From Candidatus Poriferisocius sp. (lineage in GTDB: Bacteria > Actinomycetota > Acidimicrobiia > Acidimicrobiales > Bin134): 64,000 bases of DNA. Under the pieces are notes generated by a model. The model was not told the origin of the DNA and searched no databases. It was given only the letters and a program-made list of their open reading frames with translations. Of the stretch, positions 44,224 to 54,333 are shown piece by piece. Position 1 is the stretch's first letter, and each line of letters starts with the position of its first letter. Location: contig NZ_CBDCAT010000026.1 in NCBI RefSeq assembly GCF_965214065.1, positions 248,838 to 312,837 on the forward strand. The letters are read 5' to 3'. Made by a program: the position numbers and the translations under genes.

Positions 44224-46977
44224 CTATTCGGCACGGTCGACGGCCGGTTCTGCTGGGGGGACCGGTGCAAGATATCCGACGATTAGCAGAAGGATGCCGA
44301 CCGCGATGAATGACACCACACGGCCGACGGTGTCCTGGTTTCTGAGATCGATGAGGAACAGCTTGATCACCACTACGCCCATGAACGAAGCGCCCGCTAT
44401 CCACACCGGCCGGCGACCTCGGCGCACTCCCTCGACCATGGCTGACAACGCGATGACCGTCCAGAGAATGGACAGCGAGGTCTGAAGGGCAGTGGAGTCG
44501 AACATCGAATCGGAATCGAACGGGACATCCCCCCAGTGGTGGACGGTTCTGACCGCGGCCAAGGTTGCGAACACCGTGCCGGCTGCGACCAGCGCTGGCA
44601 CCCAAGATGCCTCGACGAATCCTTGAAGCCCTCGGGCTCCCTCAGCCGCCGCCGTCCGTCGCCACATGAGCGACACGGCCAACAGCACAATTGCGGTCAA
44701 TTCCAGCGGGTTCAGCACCGGCACATAGCGGAGCGGCGTGGGGTCCCCATCAGAAATGAACAGCAAGATCGCAACCGCGACCGACAACCCAGCCAATACC
44801 GGCCCGACGCCGAACAGCAGATAGGCCGGCCGATGAGAGCGAAGCGGCCATTTCAAGGCGCGTGATCCCCACAGGGTTCCGCTCGCCAGAATCATTCCGG
44901 CCAGGCAGGCGGAGACAATCGGCCATACCTCATCGGCGGCCTGGTCGACCTGCCAATGAACTTCCGCGCCGACAAGTACAGATAGCACCCAGAGACTTCC
45001 TGGGTGCAGTAGCTGCTCAAATCGGGGATGATCACCCGAGTAGTTGTGCAACAGGGCGTAGTTGGCAGCCAGGACTACCGGCCATGCCAACCATCCGTAG
45101 AGTGCGAACGGATGGGACTGCGTGCCGAGGGAGACGCCCAGAACCACGGCCATGGTGGGAAGAATCAGTGCTCCCCACGCGGCGAGGTTCATCCACCGCA
45201 ATCTTCGAGCCGAGTAGGAAGCCAGCCCAAGTGAGAGCACCACGAACAGGAAGGACGCAGACAGTTGGGCCGATGGGATGTGGTAGTCGATCTCCAAGTT
45301 GCCGGCTACCAGCCACCAGCCGACGCCCCACACCAATGCCACCCAGGCGGCGATTGAATCGAAGGCGGCCTGCTTCCTTCCCCTCTGAAGCTGCAACCCG
45401 GACACGATGCCCGCGGCCGCGATCAGGACAGTTCCCAAGAAGTACTTATTGGCGATGGGCTGTTCTTCTTGTGGATAGGGAAGCCGATCATTCAAGTGCA
45501 AGGCCATGGCGAACCCGGCAAGAACCTGAAGGGCGCCTCCTGCGCTGGCAGTCAACCACTGGGCTTTGCGGCTTCCAATCCAGAGCAGCAGAACACCCTG
45601 ACCGGCCCAAGCGGTCGAGCTGTAGTAGGTATCGAAGGCAAATGGGATCGCGATTGCAATGAAGACCACCGCAAGACCGGCATAGGCGACCACTAACTCC
45701 TTGTTTTGCCGGCCGATTCTCTGCGTTGCGAGGGCTGCGGTGGCATAGAGCAGCGCGGCTCCCGCTGTGCTGATCGACATTCCATGCTCGGTGTGGCCCA
45801 GCAAGAGCTGATGAACCCCCAAACCGATGAACGGCGTGCCCAACGACAGGGGGGCGAGCCACGACACATCTGCGACGCGCTTGACATCGAAGGTCTTCCT
45901 GGCGGCAAAGAGCACGGGAATCGCCGTGTACATGGCCAGGAACAGAGCAACGAACGGCTCCGTGGTGGTCCAGTCCTCCTCCAGGTGGCGGCTGACCAGC
46001 CAGTACACGGTGACCCCGAATGTGAAGCCGAAACCGAGCAGAGTGAGCTCTGGCCAGACCTTGTACCAGGCAATCCACACAATCGCGGCGTTCAGGATGG
46101 CGTAGAAGGTGAAGACCACCACATGGTCTTCAGGCTGGGTGTACGACAGCACAGGAGCGAGAAAGCCGCCGATGATTCCGAGAACCGCCAATACTCGCGA
46201 GTCCTGAACGATGGCAATGAGCCCCGCCCCCGCGGTGATGACGACGACAAAGACCAGCGCCAACGGAGCGGCCAAGACGTCGTATCCGGCGAAGGCGGCG
46301 TACGTCGTCAGATACAGCACCGCAATCCCGCCTCCTAGGAGGCTCAGGCCGTAGGTGGGGCGACTGCGCCGGAACTGCCACCCCGTGATGAGTAGCGCCG
46401 CACCGAAAACCGCCACGGCGATCAGGGCCATCTCCACCGTCACGGTGATCAAGCCGCGCTCGTCAGCTTCGCGGATCAACAGGCCCATTCCGACCAGGGA
46501 GACCAGAACGCCGACTTTCACCGGTACATTGCCGGTGGACACCCAGTCCTTGGCTGCGCTCGTCACCCTTTTCGCTATTTCAACAGGACGCTCTGTCTCA
46601 ACCCTCGTCTCGACCGCCTCGCGGTGCCCGACTTGAGCGGGTGATACCGGGGTAGGGGGCATCGGTGGCGGCGGAGCGGTGGGAGGAGCTATTGGAGGCC
46701 GAGCGATTGGCCCTGGCGGAGGTGGAGGTGGTGCGGCGGGTCGAGCTCTTGTTGTCAGACCTCCCTCGATTTGCTCGAGCCGCCGCCGATTCTCTTCGAG
46801 CCGCCGCCGATTCTCGATGTCACGTCCCAAGAGAAACCCGATGAGTCCGCCGGCCACGACTCCCCCAAACGGGGCGAACACTCCACCGAGAACGGCTCCT
46901 CCTACCGTTAGGAGGATAATCACCCCGGTGGCCGTGGGATTCTCGCCGGAACTCTGCGGCCGCTGAGGACTAACCAT
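44224..46977 (-). CDS. DUF2339-like large polytopic membrane protein
   Basis: 917 aa. N-terminal TM, ENRRRLE x2 coil, poly-Pro linker, WVSTGNVPVKVGVLVSLVG block, then more than 20 TM helices. Confidence 0.6.
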   Translation of the reverse strand: MVSPQRPQSSGENPTATGVIILLTVGGAVLGGVFAPFGGVVAGGLIGFLLGRDIENRRRLEENRRRLEQIEGGLTTRARPAAPPPPPPGPIARPPIAPPTAPPPPMPPTPVSPAQVGHREAVETRVETERPVEIAKRVTSAAKDWVSTGNVPVKVGVLVSLVGMGLLIREADERGLITVTVEMALIAVAVFGAALLITGWQFRRSRPTYGLSLLGGGIAVLYLTTYAAFAGYDVLAAPLALVFVVVITAGAGLIAIVQDSRVLAVLGIIGGFLAPVLSYTQPEDHVVVFTFYAILNAAIVWIAWYKVWPELTLLGFGFTFGVTVYWLVSRHLEEDWTTTEPFVALFLAMYTAIPVLFAARKTFDVKRVADVSWLAPLSLGTPFIGLGVHQLLLGHTEHGMSISTAGAALLYATAALATQRIGRQNKELVVAYAGLAVVFIAIAIPFAFDTYYSSTAWAGQGVLLLWIGSRKAQWLTASAGGALQVLAGFAMALHLNDRLPYPQEEQPIANKYFLGTVLIAAAGIVSGLQLQRGRKQAAFDSIAAWVALVWGVGWWLVAGNLEIDYHIPSAQLSASFLFVVLSLGLASYSARRLRWMNLAAWGALILPTMAVVLGVSLGTQSHPFALYGWLAWPVVLAANYALLHNYSGDHPRFEQLLHPGSLWVLSVLVGAEVHWQVDQAADEVWPIVSACLAGMILASGTLWGSRALKWPLRSHRPAYLLFGVGPVLAGLSVAVAILLFISDGDPTPLRYVPVLNPLELTAIVLLAVSLMWRRTAAAEGARGLQGFVEASWVPALVAAGTVFATLAAVRTVHHWGDVPFDSDSMFDSTALQTSLSILWTVIALSAMVEGVRRGRRPVWIAGASFMGVVVIKLFLIDLRNQDTVGRVVSFIAVGILLLIVGYLAPVPPAEPAVDRAE

Positions 46978-47047
46978 CCTGCAACAAGGTACCCCGCCCC
47001 ATCTCTCGTGGAAGTCAGCCCCTGCCGATGCCGTCTGCGGGCATCTG

Positions 47048-48361
47048 GTGGAACGGCTCCGGCTGCCTCATCTCGACGTTGGCACCGCTATTGTCCCGGA
47101 CGTGAGCGACCGCCCTGCCCCTATCCGAATAGAGGACCTCGTCGTACCGGTGCTGGCCCCCGAGATCGCCCAGATGATGGAGCAAACCGCGCCCATGGCC
47201 GATCAGATCGAGCTGAGTCCTGAGGCGATTCTGGGTGCGGCCACCGCTCAGACCGGGCTCAGCGACTTCGGCCCCGACGAGTTCCGTGCCCCGCTCGAGG
47301 TGTTGTGCCACTCCCTCGATACCGAGGCCGACCACTCCCCCATGGGCCGGGTGAGCAGCTTTAGCCAGCTCACCACTTTTGCCGCCAACCGGCTGCGCAT
47401 AGAGCAGTACATCAAGGACCATCCCGATGCCCTAGATGTGCCCATCGACCGACCCATAGTGATCGCCGGGCTGCCCCGCACGGGTACTACCCATTTGCAC
47501 AACCTCATTTCTGCCGACCCCGCGCTGAGGTCTCTGCCCTGGTGGGAGGCCATGGAGCCGGTTCCCCCTCCCGAGGAGGCCGGAACTGTGGAAGGCCGCA
47601 TCGAGCGGGCCAAAAGCGGGCTGGTGATCCACAACACGGCCATGCCCCACTACGACCGCATGCACGAGATGACTTGGGATCACGTCCACGAGGAGATCCA
47701 CCTGCTGGGCATCGACTTCTCCACCATGCTGTTCGACTGCCTGGCCGTGCTGCCTACGTGGCGGTCGTACTACAAAGAGCACGACCAGACCCCCCACTAC
47801 CAGTACCTCAAGCGGATTCTCAAAGTGCTCACCCACCAGCGCCCACCCCGGGAGCGCTGGGTGCTCAAGTCACCCCAGCACCTAGAGCAGATCGGCCCCT
47901 TGATGAACGTGTTCGGCGATGCCACCGTGGTGTTCACCCACCGCGATCCGGTGTCAATCACCGCCTCGTTTGCCACCATGATCTGCTACTCGGCCCGCAT
48001 GAGCGCCACCCATCCGGTGGACGTCTTCGGCATCGGCCAGTGGTGGGCCCAGCTCATCGCCGACATGCTCCAGTCGTGCACCGACGACCGCGACTTGGTT
48101 CCCCCCGAGCAGTCCATCGACGTGCTGTTCCATGAGTTCATGGCCGACGACGTGGCCATGGTGGAGCGCATCTACAAACTGGCCGACCAGCCGTTTACCT
48201 CCGACGTCAACGCGGCCATGGACGCCTACATGGACGATCACCCCCGCGGCAAACATGGCCGGGTGATCTACGACTTGGCTGACTTCGGCATGACCGCAGT
48301 GGAGCGACGCCAGGCGCTCAGCTTTTACACCGACCGTTTCGCGGTTGAACTAGAGCACTAG
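47048..48361 (+). CDS. sulfotransferase family protein
   Basis: 437 aa. 5'-PSB loop GLPRTGTTHLHNL and 3'-PB-like RWVLKSPQHL. Confidence 0.7.
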   Translation: MERLRLPHLDVGTAIVPDVSDRPAPIRIEDLVVPVLAPEIAQMMEQTAPMADQIELSPEAILGAATAQTGLSDFGPDEFRAPLEVLCHSLDTEADHSPMGRVSSFSQLTTFAANRLRIEQYIKDHPDALDVPIDRPIVIAGLPRTGTTHLHNLISADPALRSLPWWEAMEPVPPPEEAGTVEGRIERAKSGLVIHNTAMPHYDRMHEMTWDHVHEEIHLLGIDFSTMLFDCLAVLPTWRSYYKEHDQTPHYQYLKRILKVLTHQRPPRERWVLKSPQHLEQIGPLMNVFGDATVVFTHRDPVSITASFATMICYSARMSATHPVDVFGIGQWWAQLIADMLQSCTDDRDLVPPEQSIDVLFHEFMADDVAMVERIYKLADQPFTSDVNAAMDAYMDDHPRGKHGRVIYDLADFGMTAVERRQALSFYTDRFAVELEH

Positions 48362-49440
48362 CCCAGGTCGGCCAGCTTCACCACCTCGGCGCTGATGGGG
48401 TCGGGGGTCCTCTCGGGCAGGAACCAGCGGAACCAGATGCGCCCGTGGGGCCGACCCTGGGTGGACACCCAGTTGGGTACTCCCGGATCGATTGCCGACA
48501 AGACGATGGTCCAGGACCCGTCGGGATCCAACTCCACCTTTGAGCCGTTTGTGGTGACGTCGTCGTAGTCGTAGTTGAAGCAGTGCAAAAACTGGTTCCA
48601 CAGGCACATGTTCCAGAAGACACACTCCGGCGAGCTCCCTTTCAACACCAGCGCCTCGTCATCGTCTAACTCGAATGCACCCATGGCGTAGGAGGCATCT
48701 CCCGCGGCCCAGCCGAAAGTCACTGTGGGCACCGGGAACGGGTCGTCGATGTGGTTGGGCGTGCCCAGCGGAATGGGAACCATGGCGGCCTGTTCCTTCA
48801 CCCAGGTAGTGGCGGCCTGGAAGCGCCGGGCCACCTCGGTATCGGTGTGCACCTCGCTCCATGGAGGGGCAGGGTCCTGGCACTCGATGCGCCAACGGGC
48901 TTTTTCACCATTCACCGGGTCGTTCATGTAATCGCGGGTGCAGGCCACCACCGCATCGGGGGTTAGCTTCAAGAAGTTGCCGTCGTGGTCGTTCGGGCTG
49001 ACGACCATCTCGTAGGTGCCGTCGGGGTTGGGCGTCATCTCCGTGGTGTTGAGCGTGCCAACGATGCGCTCGGAGTAGCGGCCGTCATCGGGACCGCCGT
49101 ACACGGTCAGCGACAAGTACACCGCGTCGCCGGGGTCCACGGTCACCCGGTAGGTGCGGGAGGGGTCGATCCGGGTCATGAAATAGAAGGCGTCGGAGTT
49201 GTCGCCTCCCCACTTCTTGTATGGGCCCACAATCTCGGTGAACCGAGGCCGGTTGGTATCGGCCCACACGTAAACGTCTAGTGCCACCTGGGTGATGGAG
49301 AAGATCCACCGGTACCCCTCAAGCACGGCCTGGTCGTCGGCCAGGGCTTTGGGACCCGCTAGGAACTCCTGGTCTAGGACCTTCATAGTGTCGAGCAGCT
49401 CGTGAACCGCGGCGCTGGTTTCAAAGCGAGTGTCAGTCAT
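48358..49440 (-). CDS. DUF1214-like protein
   Basis: 360 aa. LEGYRW..., KKWGGDNSDAFYF and TYRVTVDPG blocks as in DUF1214 proteins (from memory). Confidence 0.45.
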   Translation of the reverse strand: MTDTRFETSAAVHELLDTMKVLDQEFLAGPKALADDQAVLEGYRWIFSITQVALDVYVWADTNRPRFTEIVGPYKKWGGDNSDAFYFMTRIDPSRTYRVTVDPGDAVYLSLTVYGGPDDGRYSERIVGTLNTTEMTPNPDGTYEMVVSPNDHDGNFLKLTPDAVVACTRDYMNDPVNGEKARWRIECQDPAPPWSEVHTDTEVARRFQAATTWVKEQAAMVPIPLGTPNHIDDPFPVPTVTFGWAAGDASYAMGAFELDDDEALVLKGSSPECVFWNMCLWNQFLHCFNYDYDDVTTNGSKVELDPDGSWTIVLSAIDPGVPNWVSTQGRPHGRIWFRWFLPERTPDPISAEVVKLADLG

Positions 49441-49464
49441 TGGTTCTCCAGTTGTCGTTAGGCC

Positions 49465-50247
49465 CTATAGATCATCGATGAGCAGCCGGTTGGCCCGTAT
49501 AAATGTTCCCTCAGCGGAGGCGGTCACCGTCCCATCGCAAACCATCTCGCCCGATACATACAGCTTTCGTCCCTCGCCGCCCGACGGCCAGGCCCGAAGG
49601 GTGATGTCCTTGAGCAGTGGCGTGGGCCGCCGATACACCACCTTCAGCGTTCCGGTATAGCCCCCTTGGCCGTTGACCACATTGACCACGCCCAACAGCT
49701 CGTCGAAGATCATGGCGATAATCCCCCCGTGGACCATCCCGGGCGGCCCGGCGTAGACAGCGGATAGGTTCATAGTTCCGTGGACTTCCTCTCCCTCAGC
49801 CCAGAATTCAGCGGGAGGCGAAGCCGGGTTCAACCGACCGATGATAGGGCTGTAGGGGAAGAACTGCATCGGGTCGCGTGATTCAAAACCGGCTTCCAGG
49901 TCGCCCATCACCCCTTGGCGGTGAAGCCCCTTCATCTGGTCGGCCTCCAGCAGCTTGGCCGCTTGTTCCAGCAGCTCGGTGGCATCGGAAACCGCTTCGT
50001 CGCCAACAGCAGAAACCCTGACCGCGTTCAGGAGGCGGCGGGCCGCGCCAGCCAATGCCAGCCGCTCGGCACCAGCTCCGTAGTCAGGGCTGGACGCAGC
50101 GCTGGGGGCCTCCCAGAGTGGCTTTTGGCTCAAGGCGAGTGGAGGAAGCGCTGGGCCGTCAGTCGGGGCTGTAGCCGAAGTCGACCACATGGTCGGTGCC
50201 GGGAAGGCCAGGGGTGACCAATCCGGCCCGCCAGCCGCCGTCCACAT
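49465..50247 (-). CDS. PaaI/hotdog-fold thioesterase family protein
   Basis: GPPGMVHGGIIAMIFDELLG motif. The start is uncertain: the track start overlaps the upstream SDR by 89 nt, and a TTG at 50133 is an alternative. Confidence 0.65.
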   Translation of the reverse strand: MWTAAGGPDWSPLAFPAPTMWSTSATAPTDGPALPPLALSQKPLWEAPSAASSPDYGAGAERLALAGAARRLLNAVRVSAVGDEAVSDATELLEQAAKLLEADQMKGLHRQGVMGDLEAGFESRDPMQFFPYSPIIGRLNPASPPAEFWAEGEEVHGTMNLSAVYAGPPGMVHGGIIAMIFDELLGVVNVVNGQGGYTGTLKVVYRRPTPLLKDITLRAWPSGGEGRKLYVSGEMVCDGTVTASAEGTFIRANRLLIDDL

Positions 50248-50956
50248 TCAGCTCTGCCCCGGTTACGTAAGAAGCCTCGTCGCTGGCCAAGAACAACGCC
50301 GCATAGGCGATCTCGATGGGCTCGCCCACCCGGTCGATGGGATGGAAGATGTAGGGCTCTTTTTCCGCCCGAGGGTCATTTGTCGGATTGCCCATCGGGG
50401 TGTTCACCCCGCCGGGGTGGATGGAGTTGACCCTGATGCCGAATCGGCCCCATTCGATGGCCGCGGTCTTGGTCATTCCCCGAATGGCAAATTTCGAGGC
50501 CGTGTAGCTGATGAGGCCGTTTTTGGACTGCTGGCCGTCGATGGAGCTGATGTTCACGATTGAGCCGCCGCCAGCCATCTTCATGGGCTCGAGCACGGCC
50601 TTCATGCCGAGGAACGTACCCACTTGGTTGACGTTGATCACCGCCATGTAGTCCTCAAGGGTGGTGGCCTCAATGGCGGCCGGCCTGAGAATGGCCGCAT
50701 TGTTGACCAGAACCGTCAGCGATCCCATGCTGGCTGCCGCTTCCACCGCCGCGGCCCAGTCGCCCTCTTGGGCCACGTCGAGGTGTACGTAGAGCGCGTT
50801 CTCACCGATGCTGGCCGCCACCTGCTTGCCGTCGTCGTCCAGGACATCGCCCAACACCACTTTGGCCCCCTCAGAGGCGAACAGCCGGGCCTCGGCTTCA
50901 CCCTGCCCCCGGGCTGCTCCAGTGATGATTGCTACTTTGCCGTCCAGCCGTCCCAT
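50159..50956 (-). CDS. SDR family oxidoreductase (3-alpha/20-beta-HSD-like)
   Basis: LDGKVAIITGAARGQG, NNAA, YTASK, IHPGGVNTPM. Confidence 0.88.
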   Translation of the reverse strand: MGRLDGKVAIITGAARGQGEAEARLFASEGAKVVLGDVLDDDGKQVAASIGENALYVHLDVAQEGDWAAAVEAAASMGSLTVLVNNAAILRPAAIEATTLEDYMAVINVNQVGTFLGMKAVLEPMKMAGGGSIVNISSIDGQQSKNGLISYTASKFAIRGMTKTAAIEWGRFGIRVNSIHPGGVNTPMGNPTNDPRAEKEPYIFHPIDRVGEPIEIAYAALFLASDEASYVTGAELNVDGGWRAGLVTPGLPGTDHVVDFGYSPD

Positions 50957-51031
50957 CTCGGTGTCTCCTTCATTGATCGGGCGGTGATTGCCGGCGCCAC
51001 CCTACTTGCCATGCTCAAGCCGCCCTAACCT

Positions 51032-52231
51032 GTGCGCATGTATCTGGGATATCGGGTGTTCGACTCCGACAATCACTACTACGAACCTCGAGACGCCTTC
51101 ACCCGATACATCGACCCGTCGTTCGCTGACCGGGCAGTGCGCCCGGTGATCGAACCCGATGGCTCTGAGGAGGTGTACATCGGCGACCGGAAGTTCACCT
51201 TCTTGGAGCACCGCAGCTTCGACACCGCCCCCAAGCCGGGGATGCTCCGGGAAATGCTCCAAGCTATGAAACAGGGCCAGGGCGGAGGCCAAGTAGTTAA
51301 GCGCAGCCAGGTCTCCGAACCCCACCGCCCCGAATACGTGACCCGTGCCGCCCGGATCGAGGTGCTCGACGCTCAGAATGTCGAGGCCGCGGTGCTGTTC
51401 CCCACATTGGCCGTGTGTGTTGAGCACTTCATGATCGACGACCCCGACCTGCTGTACGCCAACCTGGGCGCCTTCAACCGCTGGTTGGACGATGAATGGG
51501 GCCTTAATCGGGATGGGCGCATCCATGCCCCGCCCCTGCTGTCACTGGTAGATCCCGACCGGGCGGTAGCAGAATTGGAGTGGGCGCTTGGCCGGGGAGC
51601 TCGAATCGTGTCCCTGCGCCCCGGACCGGCTGGCGGCCGCAACCTCGCCGACCCGGTCTTCGACCCGTTCTGGGCCCGGATCAACGAGGCCCGGGCGATT
51701 GTCGGATTCCACATCGGGGAGTCGGGCTACAACCAGTCGATGTCGGTTCACTGGGGCGAGGAGCCCAACCCTCCTTCTCACCGGCAGTCGGCCTTGCAAT
51801 GGACCTGCTTCTACGGCGACCGCCCGATCATGGAAACGATCGCCGCCCTGATCTACGCCAACCTCTTCACCGCGTTCCCCAACGTCCGGGTGATGAGCGT
51901 AGAGAACGGCAGCCTGTGGGTCGACTACCTGATGGCCGCCATGAACAAGATGAACCGCATGGGCCGCAACGGGCCGTGGCTACGAGGCCCCCTCACCGAA
52001 AAGCCCAGCGACATCTTCCGCCGCCATGTGTTCGTGTCCCCGTACCACGAGGAGCCGATTGCCGAGTTGACACGCTCCATCGGAGCCTCGCAGGTGCTGT
52101 TCGGCTCCGACTGGCCCCACACCGAGGGCCTCGCCGAACCGCTCGAGTTCACGGAATCTCTGGCTGGTATGTCTGATGCTGAGGTCCGGATGATCATGCG
52201 TGACAACCTGGCCGGTCTTGTGGCCCCTTAG
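51032..52231 (+). CDS. amidohydrolase-2 (ACMSD-like) family protein
   Basis: 399 aa. VFDSDNHYYEP N-terminal metal-binding motif, VLFGSDWPH near the C-terminus. An ATG at 51038 is an alternative start. Confidence 0.75.
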   Translation: MRMYLGYRVFDSDNHYYEPRDAFTRYIDPSFADRAVRPVIEPDGSEEVYIGDRKFTFLEHRSFDTAPKPGMLREMLQAMKQGQGGGQVVKRSQVSEPHRPEYVTRAARIEVLDAQNVEAAVLFPTLAVCVEHFMIDDPDLLYANLGAFNRWLDDEWGLNRDGRIHAPPLLSLVDPDRAVAELEWALGRGARIVSLRPGPAGGRNLADPVFDPFWARINEARAIVGFHIGESGYNQSMSVHWGEEPNPPSHRQSALQWTCFYGDRPIMETIAALIYANLFTAFPNVRVMSVENGSLWVDYLMAAMNKMNRMGRNGPWLRGPLTEKPSDIFRRHVFVSPYHEEPIAELTRSIGASQVLFGSDWPHTEGLAEPLEFTESLAGMSDAEVRMIMRDNLAGLVAP

Positions 52232-53124
52232 GCGGCTTCTTCCCTCTTGTCGCGGAAAAGCCGGGGATCGTAGGCCACATCACACCGTTCCAGGGCTGCC
52301 TGCCACGCTGGACTGTTCATCATCACCCGCCGAAGCCCGAGGATCATCGCGGTGGCGGCCACTCGGGCTCCAGGTGTGGCCGTAAGTCCCAGCACTGTGG
52401 TCAGCCGACGGGGAATCGTGGTGATTGCCCCGTTCATCAGAACCTGGTACCCCGCACGCTGGGCGGCGGAAATCGGGGGTTTCCGAAGGAATCTGATGGC
52501 GTCGCGCATCCCCGGACTGGAGGCCAGCGCAGGGTGTCCGGATATCCAGGCCCTCAACTCGGGCGCCGTTGCCGGCAGGGGCGATGCTCCCAGTATCTCC
52601 CCCACCTTCATCTGCTCGACCACGAATTGGTCGGCTTCGGCAGCGGTCAAGCGGCCTCCGAACCGCTGGTAAGCCTCCAAGAAAGAATCGGTCAGAGTGT
52701 TGTGGACCCATGCGGCCAACTCCGGGGTCGATGCGCTATAGGCCTGTCCCCGATGCGAGGTCCCGCTCACCCCTTGGTGGGCCGACTTCACCAGGTCGAT
52801 GGCCTCAGCTACTTCGGGCATCGCGCCATAGGTGGCCGACGTGACATAGAACGATGTCCGGCTGAGCCGGCCCAGGGGGTCGTCGCGATAGCGGCTGTGG
52901 TCGTCCACCCCGGCCACCACCTCCGGATGGGCGGCCTGAATCAGCAGGGCCCGAATACCACCGACGAAGACGCTCACGTCGCCGATAACCCGCCAACTCA
53001 CTGATTCGGGACCGCAGAGTCCAGGGTCGCCGGGAAAATTGCCGGTATGCCTCAGCGGCATATCTGCGTGGGCGAACATGCCGCTCACCGAATTGATCAC
53101 TCGAGATCTGACCAGGTGAAACAT
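52228..53124 (-). CDS. oxygenase MpaB-family (DUF2236) protein
   Basis: 298 aa. GPESVSWRVIGD...GGIRALLIQAAHPEVVAGV...DPLGRLSRT is the typical DUF2236 core. Confidence 0.7.
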   Translation of the reverse strand: MFHLVRSRVINSVSGMFAHADMPLRHTGNFPGDPGLCGPESVSWRVIGDVSVFVGGIRALLIQAAHPEVVAGVDDHSRYRDDPLGRLSRTSFYVTSATYGAMPEVAEAIDLVKSAHQGVSGTSHRGQAYSASTPELAAWVHNTLTDSFLEAYQRFGGRLTAAEADQFVVEQMKVGEILGASPLPATAPELRAWISGHPALASSPGMRDAIRFLRKPPISAAQRAGYQVLMNGAITTIPRRLTTVLGLTATPGARVAATAMILGLRRVMMNSPAWQAALERCDVAYDPRLFRDKREEAA

Positions 53125-53131
53125 CTCAGCT

Positions 53132-54313
53132 TCAATCTATCGTCACGATGAGCTGTTCAAATCGGCGTATAGACGCATAGGGCACCCAGGCTGGATTGGC
53201 AGCCAACTCCATGGTGGGAAATCGTGCCAAGAGCATAGGAAAGGCCACTTGACCTTCCAACCGGGCAAGGGCCGCCCCCAGGCAGTAGTGGATGCCTTGG
53301 CCGAAGCTCATCAGCTTGCCTCCCGGCCGGGTGATATCGAATCGGTCGGGATCGTCGAATGCGGCCGGGTCGCGATTGGCCGCCAGTGACATCGTGGTGA
53401 CTGTCTCCCCGGCCGCCACCGGCACCCCGAACAGGTCGAAGGGCTCAGCGGCATCCCTCCCCGACCCCAGCACCGGGGCCTCAAAGCGGAGGATCTCGTC
53501 GACTGCTTGGGCAGCCAGGCTGGAATCGTTGGACAACAAGGCTCGCTGATCAGAATGAGAAAGCAGCAACGCGGCGCCAATCATCAGCATGGAGCGGGTG
53601 GTGTCGTGGCCGGCGAAGAGCAAGTTCTCCACCATCGCCACCAGCTCGGCCTCGCTCAACGCGTCTCCGTCGGCCTCGGCGGCGATGAGGCCGCTGAGCA
53701 TGTCATCGCCTGGCTGTGCTCGGCGATCGGCAATCAGCTCGGCGACATATTCGTTGAGGCCGCCGACGGCCGCCTCCAAGCGGTCCAGCAACTCGGGAGT
53801 ATGGACCGAGGAGAAGACCAAGCCCAGGTCTGCGGTCCAGGCCGCGAACCGATGGTGATCGCCGGCAGGGACCCCGAGCATGGCTGCCATCACCCTGATC
53901 GGCAGCTCGTGGGCAAATTCGGCTACCAAGTCCGCGGTGTGGCCCTGGAATCCGTCCAACAACTCTTCGGTGATCTGCCCCACGCGAGGGCGAAGGGACT
54001 CCACTGCCCGAGGCGTAAACGCCCGACTGACCAGGCGGCGCAGCCGAGTGTGTTCCGGTGGATTAGCGGAGAACATGACCTGCCCCCACCAATCGGCGAT
54101 CGGCCCCTCGGTGATTCCTCGAGGCGCCAAGAGGTCGGTGGTCAAGAACCGGGGGTCGCGCAACGCCGATTCCACCGCGTCGAAGCTCAATGCGATCAGG
54201 CTCCCAGCGATTCCCCGGGCCAGCGGGTGACGTTCTCGGGCCTCGGCCAACACCGGATACGGGTTCGACCAGAAGCCTGGATCGGTGAGGTCTACAACAG
54301 CGAGCTCGTTCAC
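53132..54313 (-). CDS. cytochrome P450
   Basis: 393 aa with a GTG start. I-helix AGHDTT, EILRFE (ExxR), heme loop FGQGIHYCLGAALAR. Confidence 0.92.
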   Translation of the reverse strand: MNELAVVDLTDPGFWSNPYPVLAEARERHPLARGIAGSLIALSFDAVESALRDPRFLTTDLLAPRGITEGPIADWWGQVMFSANPPEHTRLRRLVSRAFTPRAVESLRPRVGQITEELLDGFQGHTADLVAEFAHELPIRVMAAMLGVPAGDHHRFAAWTADLGLVFSSVHTPELLDRLEAAVGGLNEYVAELIADRRAQPGDDMLSGLIAAEADGDALSEAELVAMVENLLFAGHDTTRSMLMIGAALLLSHSDQRALLSNDSSLAAQAVDEILRFEAPVLGSGRDAAEPFDLFGVPVAAGETVTTMSLAANRDPAAFDDPDRFDITRPGGKLMSFGQGIHYCLGAALARLEGQVAFPMLLARFPTMELAANPAWVPYASIRRFEQLIVTID

Positions 54314-54333
54314 AGTCGCTATTGTCCCCCGGC

